DNA of 64,000 bases from an uncultured Fibrobacteria bacterium. Its GTDB lineage: Bacteria; Fibrobacterota; Fibrobacteria; UBA11236. The notes below the pieces were generated by a model. It saw only the letters and a program-made list of their open reading frames with translations. It was not told where the DNA came from and did no database searches. The DNA is taken from positions 1,056,001 to 1,120,000 of the forward strand of contig OY970309.1 in NCBI GenBank assembly GCA_963716395.1. Reading direction: 5' to 3'. Below, one piece after another: positions 10,445 to 20,463 of the stretch. The position numbers were made by a program, and so were the translations under genes. Position 1 is the first letter of the stretch, and each line of letters opens with the position of its first letter.

Positions 10445-11320
10445 TCAAGCCTCTCCGCTCAGGGGAAAGAGTTGAATGTTCACCTGCACCACGCGCTCGC
10501 CTTCCTGATCCTTGGCGGCGAAATTCCGCAACTCCTTACGCATCAATTGAATTTGCTTTTTCAGCTTGGGAAATTCCGACTCGCGGATGGCAAACGACAC
10601 CGAGGAGATGTCCCGTTTTTCGGGGTCGACGCGATCCATGGACTCCGCGGCCAAGGTCATCATTTGCACATGGTAATTCTTGATAAACAAAGCCATGACT
10701 TCGTCGTCGGTGGTGATGGCCTCGTCCACGACCCGATACCCGTTGGCCAGGCGTCGGATCAAACCCGCGGCTTGCAAGAGTTGCAGGGATTCCCGCGCTT
10801 CCTTGGGATCGATATTCGGCAGTAAGCGGTGGGCAATCCACTCGGGTTGGCCGTTGAAATCCCGCAACGACAGCATTTCGCGAATGGCGATGTGTTGCCA
10901 TTTGCGAAACACCTCGAATTGTTCCACGGCCAATTTTTTCAGCCCCGCGGCGTGATCGGATTGAATGAGTTTTTGGTAATAAAAATTCTTTTCCTCGCGT
11001 TTCTCGCTCTGGTTGAAAAAAACCAGGTTCTCGAAATAATCGGCCCTTGCGCCCGCAAGCCCCAACACCCCGCAGAGCGGGCGCAGGGTTTTCTTGCTGA
11101 GATTGCGCTTGCCCTCCATCAGATAGCGCAGGAAGGTGTGGCTGGAAAAACCGGCCTCGCGCGCGAAGCGCCGCACCGAATATTTCGCGTCGGCCGCCTG
11201 CTTCGCCGCGTGGAAATCCACCAGATATTGCCGGTAATTGGTGTAGTTGAGGATGTCGGGAGCTTCTCCCGCGGCCATTGGCTTGCCCGCGCGGCGGGGC
11301 TTGGCATCCGATCGATTCAT
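10445..11320 (-). CDS. TIGR02147 family protein (Fibrobacter paralogous family, N-terminal HTH-like region)
   Basis: Y..YR.YL.D...FS.R.FA..AGFSS...GKRNLS, W.H.AIRE, RDISS, C-terminal Q.NIQLFPLS. Confidence 0.85.
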   Translation of the reverse strand: MNRSDAKPRRAGKPMAAGEAPDILNYTNYRQYLVDFHAAKQAADAKYSVRRFAREAGFSSHTFLRYLMEGKRNLSKKTLRPLCGVLGLAGARADYFENLVFFNQSEKREEKNFYYQKLIQSDHAAGLKKLAVEQFEVFRKWQHIAIREMLSLRDFNGQPEWIAHRLLPNIDPKEARESLQLLQAAGLIRRLANGYRVVDEAITTDDEVMALFIKNYHVQMMTLAAESMDRVDPEKRDISSVSFAIRESEFPKLKKQIQLMRKELRNFAAKDQEGERVVQVNIQLFPLSGEA

Positions 11321-11401
11321 GGTAAGGCTAAGAATACAGATGGCCGCCCCGGATCACCCCGGATTTTCCTTGGCCATGGAAACAAAAGAGCCCAATGACC
11401 C

Positions 11402-12361
11402 TTAATTGTGTTTGATCACTCTCTTCCCAAATCCTCCCCCGGCTTCGAAGGATCGGTGGGCAGAGGCGATGTCTTTCATGGCAAAGACGCCATCCACAAC
11501 CGGAACCACGGCCTTTGCTTCAACCAGTCGGGTTAATGATGAGAGCACTTCATGGTTGGGGGGACTGGATAAAAAGCGAACCCGTCGCTTTCCAAAAACA
11601 ATGGATGCCAATAAATAAGCGGCCTCGCCCCATCCTCCCACGGTCATCACCACCATACGACCGCCGGGGGACAGCAACTTGTGGTACGCCCTGATATTCT
11701 TCGCGACCGGGTCCATCACCACATCGAACCGGCCCAAATCACTTGGATCGGTGGTACGGTAGTCAAAGGCTTCGTCTGCCCCGAGATCGCGCACGCGATC
11801 AAGGTGCTCGGCACGCACCAAAGTGGTTATGCGGGCTCCCAGGGAATGCGCGATTTGGATCGCGGCCGTTCCAACCCCGCCCGCACCGCCACGGATGAGG
11901 ATTTTTTCTCCGGTCTTAAGATGAGCACCATCCCGAAGAGCGCCAAGAGCGGCACCTCCAACACCCGGTAAGGCTGCGGCATCCACCGCATCCATACCTT
12001 GCGGACGCAAAGCAACACCCTTGGCGGGAACAAGGGCGTACTCCGCGGTCGCACCGATTTTGATATTCCGAGTCGGTTTTAGAAATCCCCAAACCGCGTC
12101 CCCGATTTTGCAGTTTGTGACGCCTTTCCCGACTCCAACCACCTCGCCGGTAAAATCGAAACCCGCCCCCCGAGGGAATGAGTTTCCGGAGAGAAGCTTC
12201 AGTTTTCCACTGCGGAACAAGACGTCCGCGGCGTTTACACTGCTGGCCTCGACCCGGATTAATACCTGTCCTGTTTGCAGGTCGGGTATGGGAATCGGCC
12301 GAATTTGCAGGACTTCAGGAGGACCATAAGCATCGTACTGAACCGCTCGCATCTCACGCAT
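11402..12361 (-). CDS. NAD(P)-dependent MDR / quinone oxidoreductase-like protein
   Basis: YGPPEVL, SSVNAAD, GFDFTGEV, GGAGGVG. Confidence 0.9.
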   Translation of the reverse strand: MREMRAVQYDAYGPPEVLQIRPIPIPDLQTGQVLIRVEASSVNAADVLFRSGKLKLLSGNSFPRGAGFDFTGEVVGVGKGVTNCKIGDAVWGFLKPTRNIKIGATAEYALVPAKGVALRPQGMDAVDAAALPGVGGAALGALRDGAHLKTGEKILIRGGAGGVGTAAIQIAHSLGARITTLVRAEHLDRVRDLGADEAFDYRTTDPSDLGRFDVVMDPVAKNIRAYHKLLSPGGRMVVMTVGGWGEAAYLLASIVFGKRRVRFLSSPPNHEVLSSLTRLVEAKAVVPVVDGVFAMKDIASAHRSFEAGGGFGKRVIKHN

Positions 12362-12415
12362 AAGACTTTCCCCGAAAGATGTGAACTCTCCGGTTAAATC
12401 TGAACGAACCACGCC

Positions 12416-13150
12416 TCAAAGTTGCGCCAAACCGCCATCAACAAATATTTCCGCTCCGGTTATGAAACTCGCATCATCGGAGGCAAGAAAAAGCGCCGTG
12501 GTTCCGATTTCGTTTGGATTTCCCAGCCTCTTCATGGGGACGAAGGCTGCGAACTTTTCCCGCATTTCCGGTGGGACATTTTCAAAAACAGCGGTGTGAA
12601 TCGGACCCGGGCTGATCGTATTCACACGGATGTTTCGGCCAACCAACTCCGCCGCCCACGTCCGCCCCAAGGCGCGAATGGCCGCCTTGCTGGCCGAATA
12701 AACGCTCATTCCCACCAGCCCCTTCGAGCCGGCGATCGACCCCGTTAACAGGATCGATCCGCCATCACGGAGCAACGGGTAGGCTTTTTGAACGGTCAGG
12801 ATGGTTCCCACGACATTCAAATCGAAAGTTTTGCGAATGTGCTCTTCGGTGATTTTTTCTAAGGGAACATTGAGTTCACCCATTCCCGCACTGACGAAGA
12901 GGATATCGATGCGGCCTTTGCGGGATTTCACTTGTTGAAAAAGGTGGTCCAGGTCAGTTGGAATTGACGAATCCGCCTGAATACCAAACGCGTTTTCACC
13001 CAAGTCATTTTTGGCCTTTTCCAATTTCTGTTGATCCCTCCCGGTAATGAAGACATAGGCGCCTTCGCTCACAAACTTCTTGGCGCTGGCTAAAGCCAAC
13101 CCATAGGTCCCTCCGGTGACAACCGCAATTTTTCCATCCAGCTTACCCAT
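12416..13150 (-). CDS. SDR oxidoreductase
   Basis: TGGTYGLA, YSASK, IRVNTISPGP, DGG. Confidence 0.92.
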   Translation of the reverse strand: MGKLDGKIAVVTGGTYGLALASAKKFVSEGAYVFITGRDQQKLEKAKNDLGENAFGIQADSSIPTDLDHLFQQVKSRKGRIDILFVSAGMGELNVPLEKITEEHIRKTFDLNVVGTILTVQKAYPLLRDGGSILLTGSIAGSKGLVGMSVYSASKAAIRALGRTWAAELVGRNIRVNTISPGPIHTAVFENVPPEMREKFAAFVPMKRLGNPNEIGTTALFLASDDASFITGAEIFVDGGLAQL

Positions 13151-13174
13151 GGTATTCCTCCTTATTTTATTTCT

Positions 13175-13344
13175 TACCTATCGGTACATATTTAGACCCA
13201 AAAAATACGCTGCCGGCAATGCCAAAAATTTCCAGGGGAAAAAGTTTGGCTTCCGGCCGGAACGAGAGACACATTTCTGTACCCATCGGTACTTATATAG
13301 GCAATTGAATTTAGCGTGTCAAGGGGTTATTGTATCTATCGGTA
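13175..13344. promoter_or_regulatory. Three TetR-type operators TAYYYATCGGTA (13175-13186, 13280-13291, 13333-13344)
   Basis: TACCTATCGGTA, TACCCATCGGTA and TATCTATCGGTA lie between the divergent SDR and TetR genes; near-palindromic TACC-N4-GGTA. Confidence 0.7.
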
Positions 13345-13368
13345 AGTAAATGCGCATTGGTGTAAATC

Positions 13369-13980
13369 ATGGGTAAAAAGCCGGTTTTAAAGCAACCACG
13401 GGGACGGCCAAGAGCATTTTCAACCGCAGAGGCTCTGGATGCTGCCATGCGGGTATTCTCCCATAAGGGTTATGAAATGACTTCCCTTGCGGATCTTACC
13501 GAGGCCATGGGAATCAACAGAACCAGCATGTATGCGGCTTTTGGCAATAAGGAATCGTTGTTTCGTCTCGCCCTCGAACATTACACCAAAATCCATGAAA
13601 AACAATTTGCAGATACTTTGGCCGCAGGCACGGCGCGTCAAGGTCTGGAACAAATTTTACGGAATGGGGTGATGATGCTGACGGACCCTAAAAGTCCCGG
13701 GGCCTGCTTCATGACGCAAAGCCCTTTGGAAAGCCCGGAAACGAGTTCATTCACACAAAAATTTTGCACGGAAAAGCGCAACGTCGCGGTCAAACTTTTA
13801 AAAGCCCGTTTTATTCGCGCCCAAGAAGAAGGAGAACTTCTCCCTGGCACTTCCCCCGAAGACCTGGCGGAGTATTATTTCATCATTATTTTAGGTATGG
13901 CTTTGCAAATCCAACATGGCGGCAGTCGGGCGCAATTACTTCGCCTGGTCGAAATAGCCTTGGCCCAATGGCCCGAATAA
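13369..13980 (+). CDS. TetR/AcrR family regulator
   Basis: GRPRAF...KGYEMTSLADLTEAMGINRTSMYAAFGNKESLF. Confidence 0.95.
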   Translation: MGKKPVLKQPRGRPRAFSTAEALDAAMRVFSHKGYEMTSLADLTEAMGINRTSMYAAFGNKESLFRLALEHYTKIHEKQFADTLAAGTARQGLEQILRNGVMMLTDPKSPGACFMTQSPLESPETSSFTQKFCTEKRNVAVKLLKARFIRAQEEGELLPGTSPEDLAEYYFIIILGMALQIQHGGSRAQLLRLVEIALAQWPE

Positions 13981-14146
13981 GGACCGGATATTTCGGAAAA
14001 TCTAGGTTCCAAAATTCCTTTCATTTTTCGGAATCCCTCGGGTTTCCATTTGTTTGTAATCGACGCATCCGGTCGACCCGCGCTATCTTCAGCTACGAAG
14101 CGACCGAAGTTACCCGAGCGCTGTAAAAAAGAACTAGCGTTTTCGC

Positions 14147-14974
14147 ATGTCGTCCCCCGCTCCCGCTCTTCGGCCCTTGTGCCTCCTCACCGGCGCCAAT
14201 CGGGGCATCGGCTTCGCGGCCGCGCGCGCCCTGGCAGCCGGAGGCATGCGGGTGGTACTGGCCTGCCGCAATGCGCGCCAAGCCGAAGCCGCGGCCGCCC
14301 GCATTGCGAAGGAAAGCGGTGGTGACAGCGTCGAAACCTTGACGGTTGATTTGGCCGATTTCCCCTCCATCCGTGCGGCGGCACAGGAATTTCTTCGAAG
14401 GCATGCCGCCCTCGACGTGCTGATCAACAACGCCGCCGTGGTCGAGCCGCAGCGGCGCATCGGTCCGGCCGGAATCGAAACCACCTTCGCGGTCAATGTG
14501 CTGGCCTATCACCTGCTGACCAAGCTGCTGCAAGACGCCCTGCGGCGGGCCGCGAAAGCCCGTGTGATTAACGTCGCATCGGGCATGGCCTACGGTCTGG
14601 ATCTCGACGATGTGGAATTCCAGCGCCGCCCCTACGATGCGGCCGCGGCGTATGCGCAAAGCAAGCAGGCCGACCGCATGCTCACCTGGGCCTGGGCCCG
14701 GCGCTTCGCCGGCACCACGGTCACGGCCAATGCCATGTCTCCGGGCCCGGTGCAAACCCAATTGTTGCAGACCCTGGCGCCGGGATTGCAAGGACGCACG
14801 GCGGAGGAGGGCGCCGATACCTTGATTTGGCTGGCCACCGCTCCCGACCTGGAGGGTGTCAACGGCCAGTTCTGGTCCAACCGCCGCGAGCGCGAATGTC
14901 CCTACCATGGCCTTGACGGCGAAGAGAAGCTTTGGAACCTTTGCGAAACCCTGAGCGACCGGAGCGCGACATGA
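14147..14974 (+). CDS. SDR oxidoreductase (retinol dehydrogenase-like)
   Basis: TGANRGIG, LINNAA, YAQSK. Confidence 0.9.
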   Translation: MSSPAPALRPLCLLTGANRGIGFAAARALAAGGMRVVLACRNARQAEAAAARIAKESGGDSVETLTVDLADFPSIRAAAQEFLRRHAALDVLINNAAVVEPQRRIGPAGIETTFAVNVLAYHLLTKLLQDALRRAAKARVINVASGMAYGLDLDDVEFQRRPYDAAAAYAQSKQADRMLTWAWARRFAGTTVTANAMSPGPVQTQLLQTLAPGLQGRTAEEGADTLIWLATAPDLEGVNGQFWSNRRERECPYHGLDGEEKLWNLCETLSDRSAT

Positions 14975-15765
14975 GCGATATGATCGAAGTACGTGATTTG
15001 GTGAAGAAATTCGGCGACTTCACCGCGGTCAACTCGGTTTCGTTCACGGTTCCGGCCGGCACCATTTTCGGCTTTCTCGGGCCCAACGGCGCGGGCAAAA
15101 CCACCACCATCAAAATGCTCACTACCATTTTGCAGCCTACCTCGGGGTATTTGCGCGTCGACGGCCATGATCCCGTAAGGGAAAAACACAAGGTGCGCAG
15201 CGCCTTCGGCATCGTGTTTCAAGACCCCAGTCTCGACAGCGAACTCACCGCCTTCGAGAACATGGAATTGCACGGCGTGTTGTACGGCGTGCCCGGGTCG
15301 GAACGGCGGACGCGCATCGAAAAATTCATGCGTCTGGTCGAGCTGTGGGATCGCCGCGACGACTTCGTGAAGAAGTTCTCGGGCGGCATGAAACGCCGCC
15401 TCGAAATCGCCCGGGCCCTTTTGCATGACCCCAAAATCCTGTTCCTCGACGAACCCACCTTGGGGTTGGACCCGCAAACCCGCAACCATATCTGGGACTA
15501 CATCCGCCGTCTGAGCCAGGAGCACAACATCACGGTGTTTTTCACCACGCATTACATGGACGAAGCCGACCGCGTGGCCGACACCATCGCCGTGATCGAC
15601 AAAGGCTCCATCGTGGCGCAGGGCGCGCCCGCGGCGCTCAAGCAGCAAACCCAAACCGCGTCGCTCGAAGACGCCTTTATCGCGCTGACCGGATCCTCCA
15701 TCCGCGAAGAGGAGTCGACGGCCACGGATCGCATGCGCACCATGAGCCGGGTCTGGAGGCGCTGA
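14971..15765 (+). CDS. ABC exporter ATP-binding subunit (DrrA-like)
   Basis: GPNGAGKTT, FSGGMKRRL, LFLDEPT, TTHYM; ATGA overlap with the SDR stop. Confidence 0.93.
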   Translation: MSDMIEVRDLVKKFGDFTAVNSVSFTVPAGTIFGFLGPNGAGKTTTIKMLTTILQPTSGYLRVDGHDPVREKHKVRSAFGIVFQDPSLDSELTAFENMELHGVLYGVPGSERRTRIEKFMRLVELWDRRDDFVKKFSGGMKRRLEIARALLHDPKILFLDEPTLGLDPQTRNHIWDYIRRLSQEHNITVFFTTHYMDEADRVADTIAVIDKGSIVAQGAPAALKQQTQTASLEDAFIALTGSSIREEESTATDRMRTMSRVWRR

Positions 15766-16511
15766 TGCACGTCGTATACATCCTCACCGTGCGGCAGTTG
15801 AAACGCTATTTGCGCGCGCGGGCGCGCATCGTCGGATCGCTGGGTCAGCCCCTGCTGTTTCTGTTGGCCATGGGTTTCGGCTTCGGCCCGACCTTCGCGA
15901 AGGCGGGGCACGGCAATTACATCCAATTTCTGGCGCCGGGAATCATCGCCATGGGCATTTTGTTCACGGCCGTGTTCTCGGGCATCGAAATCATCTGGGA
16001 CCGGCAATTCGGCTTCTTGAAAGAAACCCTGGTGGCGCCGGTGTCGCGCCTGCAAATCATGCTGGGCCGCACTTTGGGCGGCGCCGTGGTGGCCTTGATT
16101 CAGGGCCTGGTGGTGTTCGCCATCTGCCTCATCGCCGGTTTTCGCGTCGAAAGCCTGGCGGGCCTGCCGGGTGCGCTGTTGTTCATGATTCTGATCTCGC
16201 TGCTCTTCACCGCCGTGGGCACGGCCATCGGGTCGGTGCTCGAAGACATGCAGGCTTTTCCGCTTATCATGAATTTCCTGGTGTTGCCGATTTTCTTTTT
16301 CTCCGGCGCGCTGTTCCCCATGCAGGGCGTGCCCGGCATCTTGAAAGTCGCCATTCGCCTCAACCCGCTCTCCTACGGCGTCGACGGATTACGGGGCGCC
16401 TTGACCCACGGTTTTCAATTCGGTCTCGCGGCCGATCTGGGTGCGCTGGTCGTCTTGACGGCGGCCCTGCTCGCGCTCGGCAGCTATTTCTTCTCGCGCA
16501 TCCAGCTTTGA
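15765..16511 (+). CDS. ABC-2 type permease (DrrB-like)
   Basis: About 6 TM segments; DRQFGFLKETLVAP, FSGALFP, NPLSYGVDGLR. Confidence 0.92.
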   Translation: MHVVYILTVRQLKRYLRARARIVGSLGQPLLFLLAMGFGFGPTFAKAGHGNYIQFLAPGIIAMGILFTAVFSGIEIIWDRQFGFLKETLVAPVSRLQIMLGRTLGGAVVALIQGLVVFAICLIAGFRVESLAGLPGALLFMILISLLFTAVGTAIGSVLEDMQAFPLIMNFLVLPIFFFSGALFPMQGVPGILKVAIRLNPLSYGVDGLRGALTHGFQFGLAADLGALVVLTAALLALGSYFFSRIQL

Positions 16512-16537
16512 CCACCCACCCGACTCTGTCCTTCGTC

Positions 16538-16648
16538 CGGTGAGCCTGGTTCCCGAGCCTGTCGAACTGACCCACACTTCGGTCGGTGAGCCTGTCGAAC
16601 CGGCCGAACCGCCGAAGGGCGCGCCCTGAGCTTGCCGAAGGGCGCGCC
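16538..16648. repeat. Cluster of short REP-like extragenic repeats
   Basis: GGTGAGCCTG x2, GAGCCTGTCGAAC x2, GCCGAAGGGCGCGCC x2 and GCCCTGAGCTTGCCGAAGGGC between convergent genes. Confidence 0.6.
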
Positions 16649-16650
16649 GT

Positions 16651-17883
16651 TTATTTCGCTCCCGAATCCGCAACTCCAGACGTCAGGCCTACCGCTTTAC
16701 GCTTCACCCCACCGGGCAAGCCGGGAAAAGAACCCCGCGTGGGGAACCCGTGTTCGTAATCCTGGATGCGTTGCACGCGGCCTGTGCTGTCGAAGAAGCG
16801 GCGCTCGCCCTGCAATTCACCGGCGACGAAATGCGCGGTTTCGCGCAGGCGGCCCTGCTGGTCCCAGCGTTGCCACAAGCCCTCTTTCTTGCCCTTGTGA
16901 AAGGCACCCTGGGCTTCGGGAGCACCGTTTTCGAACCAATCCTGCAAGTCGACGGGATCGCCTTTGAGGTAGCGAATGCGCCGGCGCTTGCCGCCGTCGG
17001 GATAATAGGTCCAATGCTCGCCGTCTTCCCGGCCCACCACCAGGGAATAGCGTTCGCTGACGCGGCCCAGCGAATCAAAACGCGTCAGCACCCCAGTCCC
17101 ATCGCGGAAAAAACCGCTTTCGCGCACACGCCCGGCCGTATCCCAACCCAGGGCGCTGTCGTTCCAGAGGCCGCCGCGGAAATGCCGCCGCGAAGCCAAA
17201 CGGCCATCGGGATGAAACGATTCCCACAGCGAATCGCGCGCGCCGGAAGTGTCGTAGAAGCCGCGTTCGCGCACCGTTCCGTCCGGGTAACGCGCCAGGT
17301 ACGGCCCCACGATGTGGCCGCGCCGGCAGGCATAGTCTTCATAGACCCCGCCCGAGTCATACGACGAATGGTAATGACCTGTGTCGTTGGCCGCGAAGCA
17401 CGAAGTGCGCAGCACCTCGTCGCCGTGGCGGTTCCAGGCCACAAAGGTGCCGATTTCTCGGCCGTCGCGGTATGCGCCGCGTCGCCGCAATTCGCCGTTT
17501 TCCCAATACTCGATCCATTGGCCCTGCTTCAGGCCGTCCTGGTAAGCGCCCTTCGAAGACAGCGCATAGCGGTTGAAGAAGAATTGCCACGGGCCTTCGC
17601 GGCGGCCGGCCCGGTAACGCCCCCGCGACTGGATTTGACCGTTCTCCCAATACGCTTTGTATTCGCCGTCGAATTGGCCGCCGTGGAAATGCGCTTCGAA
17701 TTCAGGCTTGCCGTTGAGAAAGTAAGCGGTTTCCACGCGCAGATGCAGCGAGTCTTTGGGGCCGAAAGCCGTGTAGATGCACACGATTTTGGGCTGGCCT
17801 TCGGGAAAGCGGGCCACGGTTTCTTTGCGGCCGCAGGCGCACAAGCCGGCCGCAGCCAGGCACCAACAAACGCGTCGGACCAT
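16651..17883 (-). CDS. MORN-variant / YwqK-like repeat lipoprotein
   Basis: Many YxxGxxxGxWxxxxxNG repeats; MVRR...LCACG lipobox. Confidence 0.85.
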   Translation of the reverse strand: MVRRVCWCLAAAGLCACGRKETVARFPEGQPKIVCIYTAFGPKDSLHLRVETAYFLNGKPEFEAHFHGGQFDGEYKAYWENGQIQSRGRYRAGRREGPWQFFFNRYALSSKGAYQDGLKQGQWIEYWENGELRRRGAYRDGREIGTFVAWNRHGDEVLRTSCFAANDTGHYHSSYDSGGVYEDYACRRGHIVGPYLARYPDGTVRERGFYDTSGARDSLWESFHPDGRLASRRHFRGGLWNDSALGWDTAGRVRESGFFRDGTGVLTRFDSLGRVSERYSLVVGREDGEHWTYYPDGGKRRRIRYLKGDPVDLQDWFENGAPEAQGAFHKGKKEGLWQRWDQQGRLRETAHFVAGELQGERRFFDSTGRVQRIQDYEHGFPTRGSFPGLPGGVKRKAVGLTSGVADSGAK

Positions 17884-17929
17884 TCCCGAAATGTACTCGG
17901 GTCTCCGCCTACGGCGAAGGAGGGCGCGG

Positions 17930-18571
17930 CTATTTACGCAGCAGCTTGAACGCGTGCGTCCAGTGGTTGTGGCGGAAGCCGAAATGAATCCACAGCATGG
18001 CGAGGGCTTCAAGCAGATACGACTGCGCGATGCCGCCCATGTCGTTGACGCTGTTCCAATGCCAGGCCTTGGCGAGGGCCGCAACTTCGGCCTTGGCCGC
18101 GGGGTCTTCGCCCGCGATGAACAGATCGATGGCGCCTTCTTGCAACCGGGCGTCGATCATATAGTTGGCGGCCACGATGTTGAAGGCCTTCACCACCTTG
18201 GCCTGGGGCGCCCACCCCTGCACCTTGGCGCCCGCCGAGTCGGGGTACGAAACGGCCAGACGGGGTGGCGGCCCTTGGGAAAAGTCGAGCGGATTCGTGA
18301 CATCGATCAGCACTTTGCCGGCCAGGTGCGCGGCTCCCGCCAGCAGCACGGCGTTCTCGGTGCCCGACCAATGCGTGGCCAGCACCACGAGTTCTCCGAA
18401 TTCGGCGGCTTCGGCAAACGAACCGACCGAGGCTTGGGGACCGCCTTCTTCCGCCCAGGCCTTGAGTTTGGCGGGATCGCGGGTACCAACCTTGACATCG
18501 CGCCCCAAACGCAGAAACCCCTTGCCCAGAGTTTGACCCACTACACCCGATCCCAATATGCCGATGCGCAT
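17930..18571 (-). CDS. NADPH-dependent F420 reductase family oxidoreductase
   Basis: ILGSGVVG, IDVTNPL, VVKAFN. Confidence 0.9.
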   Translation of the reverse strand: MRIGILGSGVVGQTLGKGFLRLGRDVKVGTRDPAKLKAWAEEGGPQASVGSFAEAAEFGELVVLATHWSGTENAVLLAGAAHLAGKVLIDVTNPLDFSQGPPPRLAVSYPDSAGAKVQGWAPQAKVVKAFNIVAANYMIDARLQEGAIDLFIAGEDPAAKAEVAALAKAWHWNSVNDMGGIAQSYLLEALAMLWIHFGFRHNHWTHAFKLLRK

Positions 18572-18690
18572 GTGTGACTCCTTTTTGGTGGGGCAAAATA
18601 CAAATTCCGATTTCCCGGACTGTGGGAGGAGTACTCCGGCGGCTTCCGCAGCGATTTCAAAAGTGCGACAATAAGCTCGCGCCCGACCCC

Positions 18691-20451
18691 ATGCAAGTCC
18701 TCAGCAACACGCCTTTGCCCGCCCTGTCGGGAGTCGAGTGCCGACATTTCGGCGAATGCGGTCGCCATCCCGCCGGCTATAAACCGGAAAGCGAACGGCG
18801 ATCCTTGCGCACTATCCTGGAGCAGTTGCCCGCGGGCTTCCACCCGGACCTGCTGCTGTTTCTCAGCCCCGAATACCTTCCGATGCCGGACGATTTGGAA
18901 GTATTCCGCGGCCCGCGTGCATTGCTGATCACAGATTGGAATGTGTGCCTGCGTTTTTTGCCGCCGCTATGCCGGCGTTTCGACCTCTGCTTCACCGACA
19001 CGCCGGGCGTTCGGCTCTTGCGCCGGGCCGGAGTCGGCAACGTGCGGCATGCGCCCCTGTTCGGCCACGATCCCGCCCGTTTCCACAACCTGGGTTTGAC
19101 GCGCGACCTGGACCTGTCTTTTTGCGGCAACCTGAACGCGGGATTGCATGCACCGCGCAACCGCCTGGTCTATCGCCTGACGCAGTGGTGCCGGCAGCGG
19201 CCCGTGCATTTGCGCCAGGCCTTCGACGCGGACTACGTGAACGTGCTCAACCGCAGCCGGCTGGTGTTCAACTACAGCATTCGCGGCGAAGCCAATATGC
19301 GGCTCTACGAGGCCATGGCCTGCGGCGCCGCCGTGTTGGTCGAAGAAGGCAATGAAGAGGCGCCGCTGTTGTTCCGGCCCGGCGAACATTATCTCACCTA
19401 CCGGCCCGAAAGCCTCGAAGCCGATTGCGAGCGCTGGCTGCAAGACCCCGAAGCCCTGGCGCGCATCGGTCGGGCCGCTCAGGTTGCCGTGGCCGAGCAA
19501 ACGCAGACCCGGCAATTGGAGCGCGTGCTGCAGCAAGCCCGCGATTTGGGTTCGAGCTGGCGGCGGGGCGAGGCGTCCGCAGGCGCCGATGTTGAAGCAG
19601 GCAAGGCCGCAATCAAGCTGCGTCTTCTGGGCGCGGGATACGGGTTGGCCGAAGCGCTCGACGAAGTGGAGCACTTCGCACCCTCCCTACCGGGCCTGGC
19701 CGCCGAAGCCACACCCGGCCTGCTCTTTCTGTTTCTCGCCTCCGCCCCCGATTCCAAGGCGCGGCCTGCGGCTTTGGCGCGGCTGGCCGCGCAGCTCGAC
19801 GATCCGGGGTTGCCGATGCATGTGAAAACCTGGTTTCGCATCGGGCTGGCGGGCGCGCAAAAGCAGTGGGTCGAGGTTTTACGACGGGTTTCCGATTGCC
19901 TGGTGCAACTGGAAAGCGCTGCGGCCGCCGAAGTCGATCCGGGCTATAGCGTGCTGTTCGCTCCCATCGGTTTGGGCCAGGGCATCAACACCGATCTCAA
20001 TCTCTGCTTTCGCCGCTTTCTCGAAACCGGGTCGCATGCCGCCATCTTCGAGTTATTGCGCGACCTGGCATTGGCCGAAGGCGTGCAAGCCGCCGTGCAA
20101 TCGGGCCAATGGGATCAGGCCGCGGTCTTCGCCGCCAGGTTGCGGCCGGGGCCTTGGCGCGCGGTGTCACCCTGGCCCTGGCGCTTTAGCCTCTGCTTGC
20201 TGCGCGGCGATACGACAACTTTAACCGAAGTGACGCGGGCCTGGTTCGAGGCAGATCCGCTGGACGCCCGCATTTGGGAACGCGTATTGAAAGGCCTCCA
20301 AGCGCTGGGCGACTTGGCAGGGGTGGCCGAATTCCTAGTTCGCGTGCTACCGGCAGCCGTGCATTTCCTCACACCGGAGCAAATGCAGACCTTGCGCGCC
20401 TATGGAAAACCTGCGGAATCCGTCACGCCGGCGCCCACGCCTTCGGATTAG
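18691..20451 (+). CDS. Glycosyltransferase (CgeB / Glyco_trans_1_2-like) with helical C-terminus
   Basis: RDLDLSFCG, VFNYSIRGEANMRLYEAMACG. Confidence 0.8.
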   Translation: MQVLSNTPLPALSGVECRHFGECGRHPAGYKPESERRSLRTILEQLPAGFHPDLLLFLSPEYLPMPDDLEVFRGPRALLITDWNVCLRFLPPLCRRFDLCFTDTPGVRLLRRAGVGNVRHAPLFGHDPARFHNLGLTRDLDLSFCGNLNAGLHAPRNRLVYRLTQWCRQRPVHLRQAFDADYVNVLNRSRLVFNYSIRGEANMRLYEAMACGAAVLVEEGNEEAPLLFRPGEHYLTYRPESLEADCERWLQDPEALARIGRAAQVAVAEQTQTRQLERVLQQARDLGSSWRRGEASAGADVEAGKAAIKLRLLGAGYGLAEALDEVEHFAPSLPGLAAEATPGLLFLFLASAPDSKARPAALARLAAQLDDPGLPMHVKTWFRIGLAGAQKQWVEVLRRVSDCLVQLESAAAAEVDPGYSVLFAPIGLGQGINTDLNLCFRRFLETGSHAAIFELLRDLALAEGVQAAVQSGQWDQAAVFAARLRPGPWRAVSPWPWRFSLCLLRGDTTTLTEVTRAWFEADPLDARIWERVLKGLQALGDLAGVAEFLVRVLPAAVHFLTPEQMQTLRAYGKPAESVTPAPTPSD

Positions 20452-20463
20452 CGCAGGGAAAGA

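Noticed and set aside
16651-17883. MORN lipoprotein as part of the toxin-immunity array
   Set aside because: About 44 kb away, core-like GC, and no adjacent toxin-like gene.
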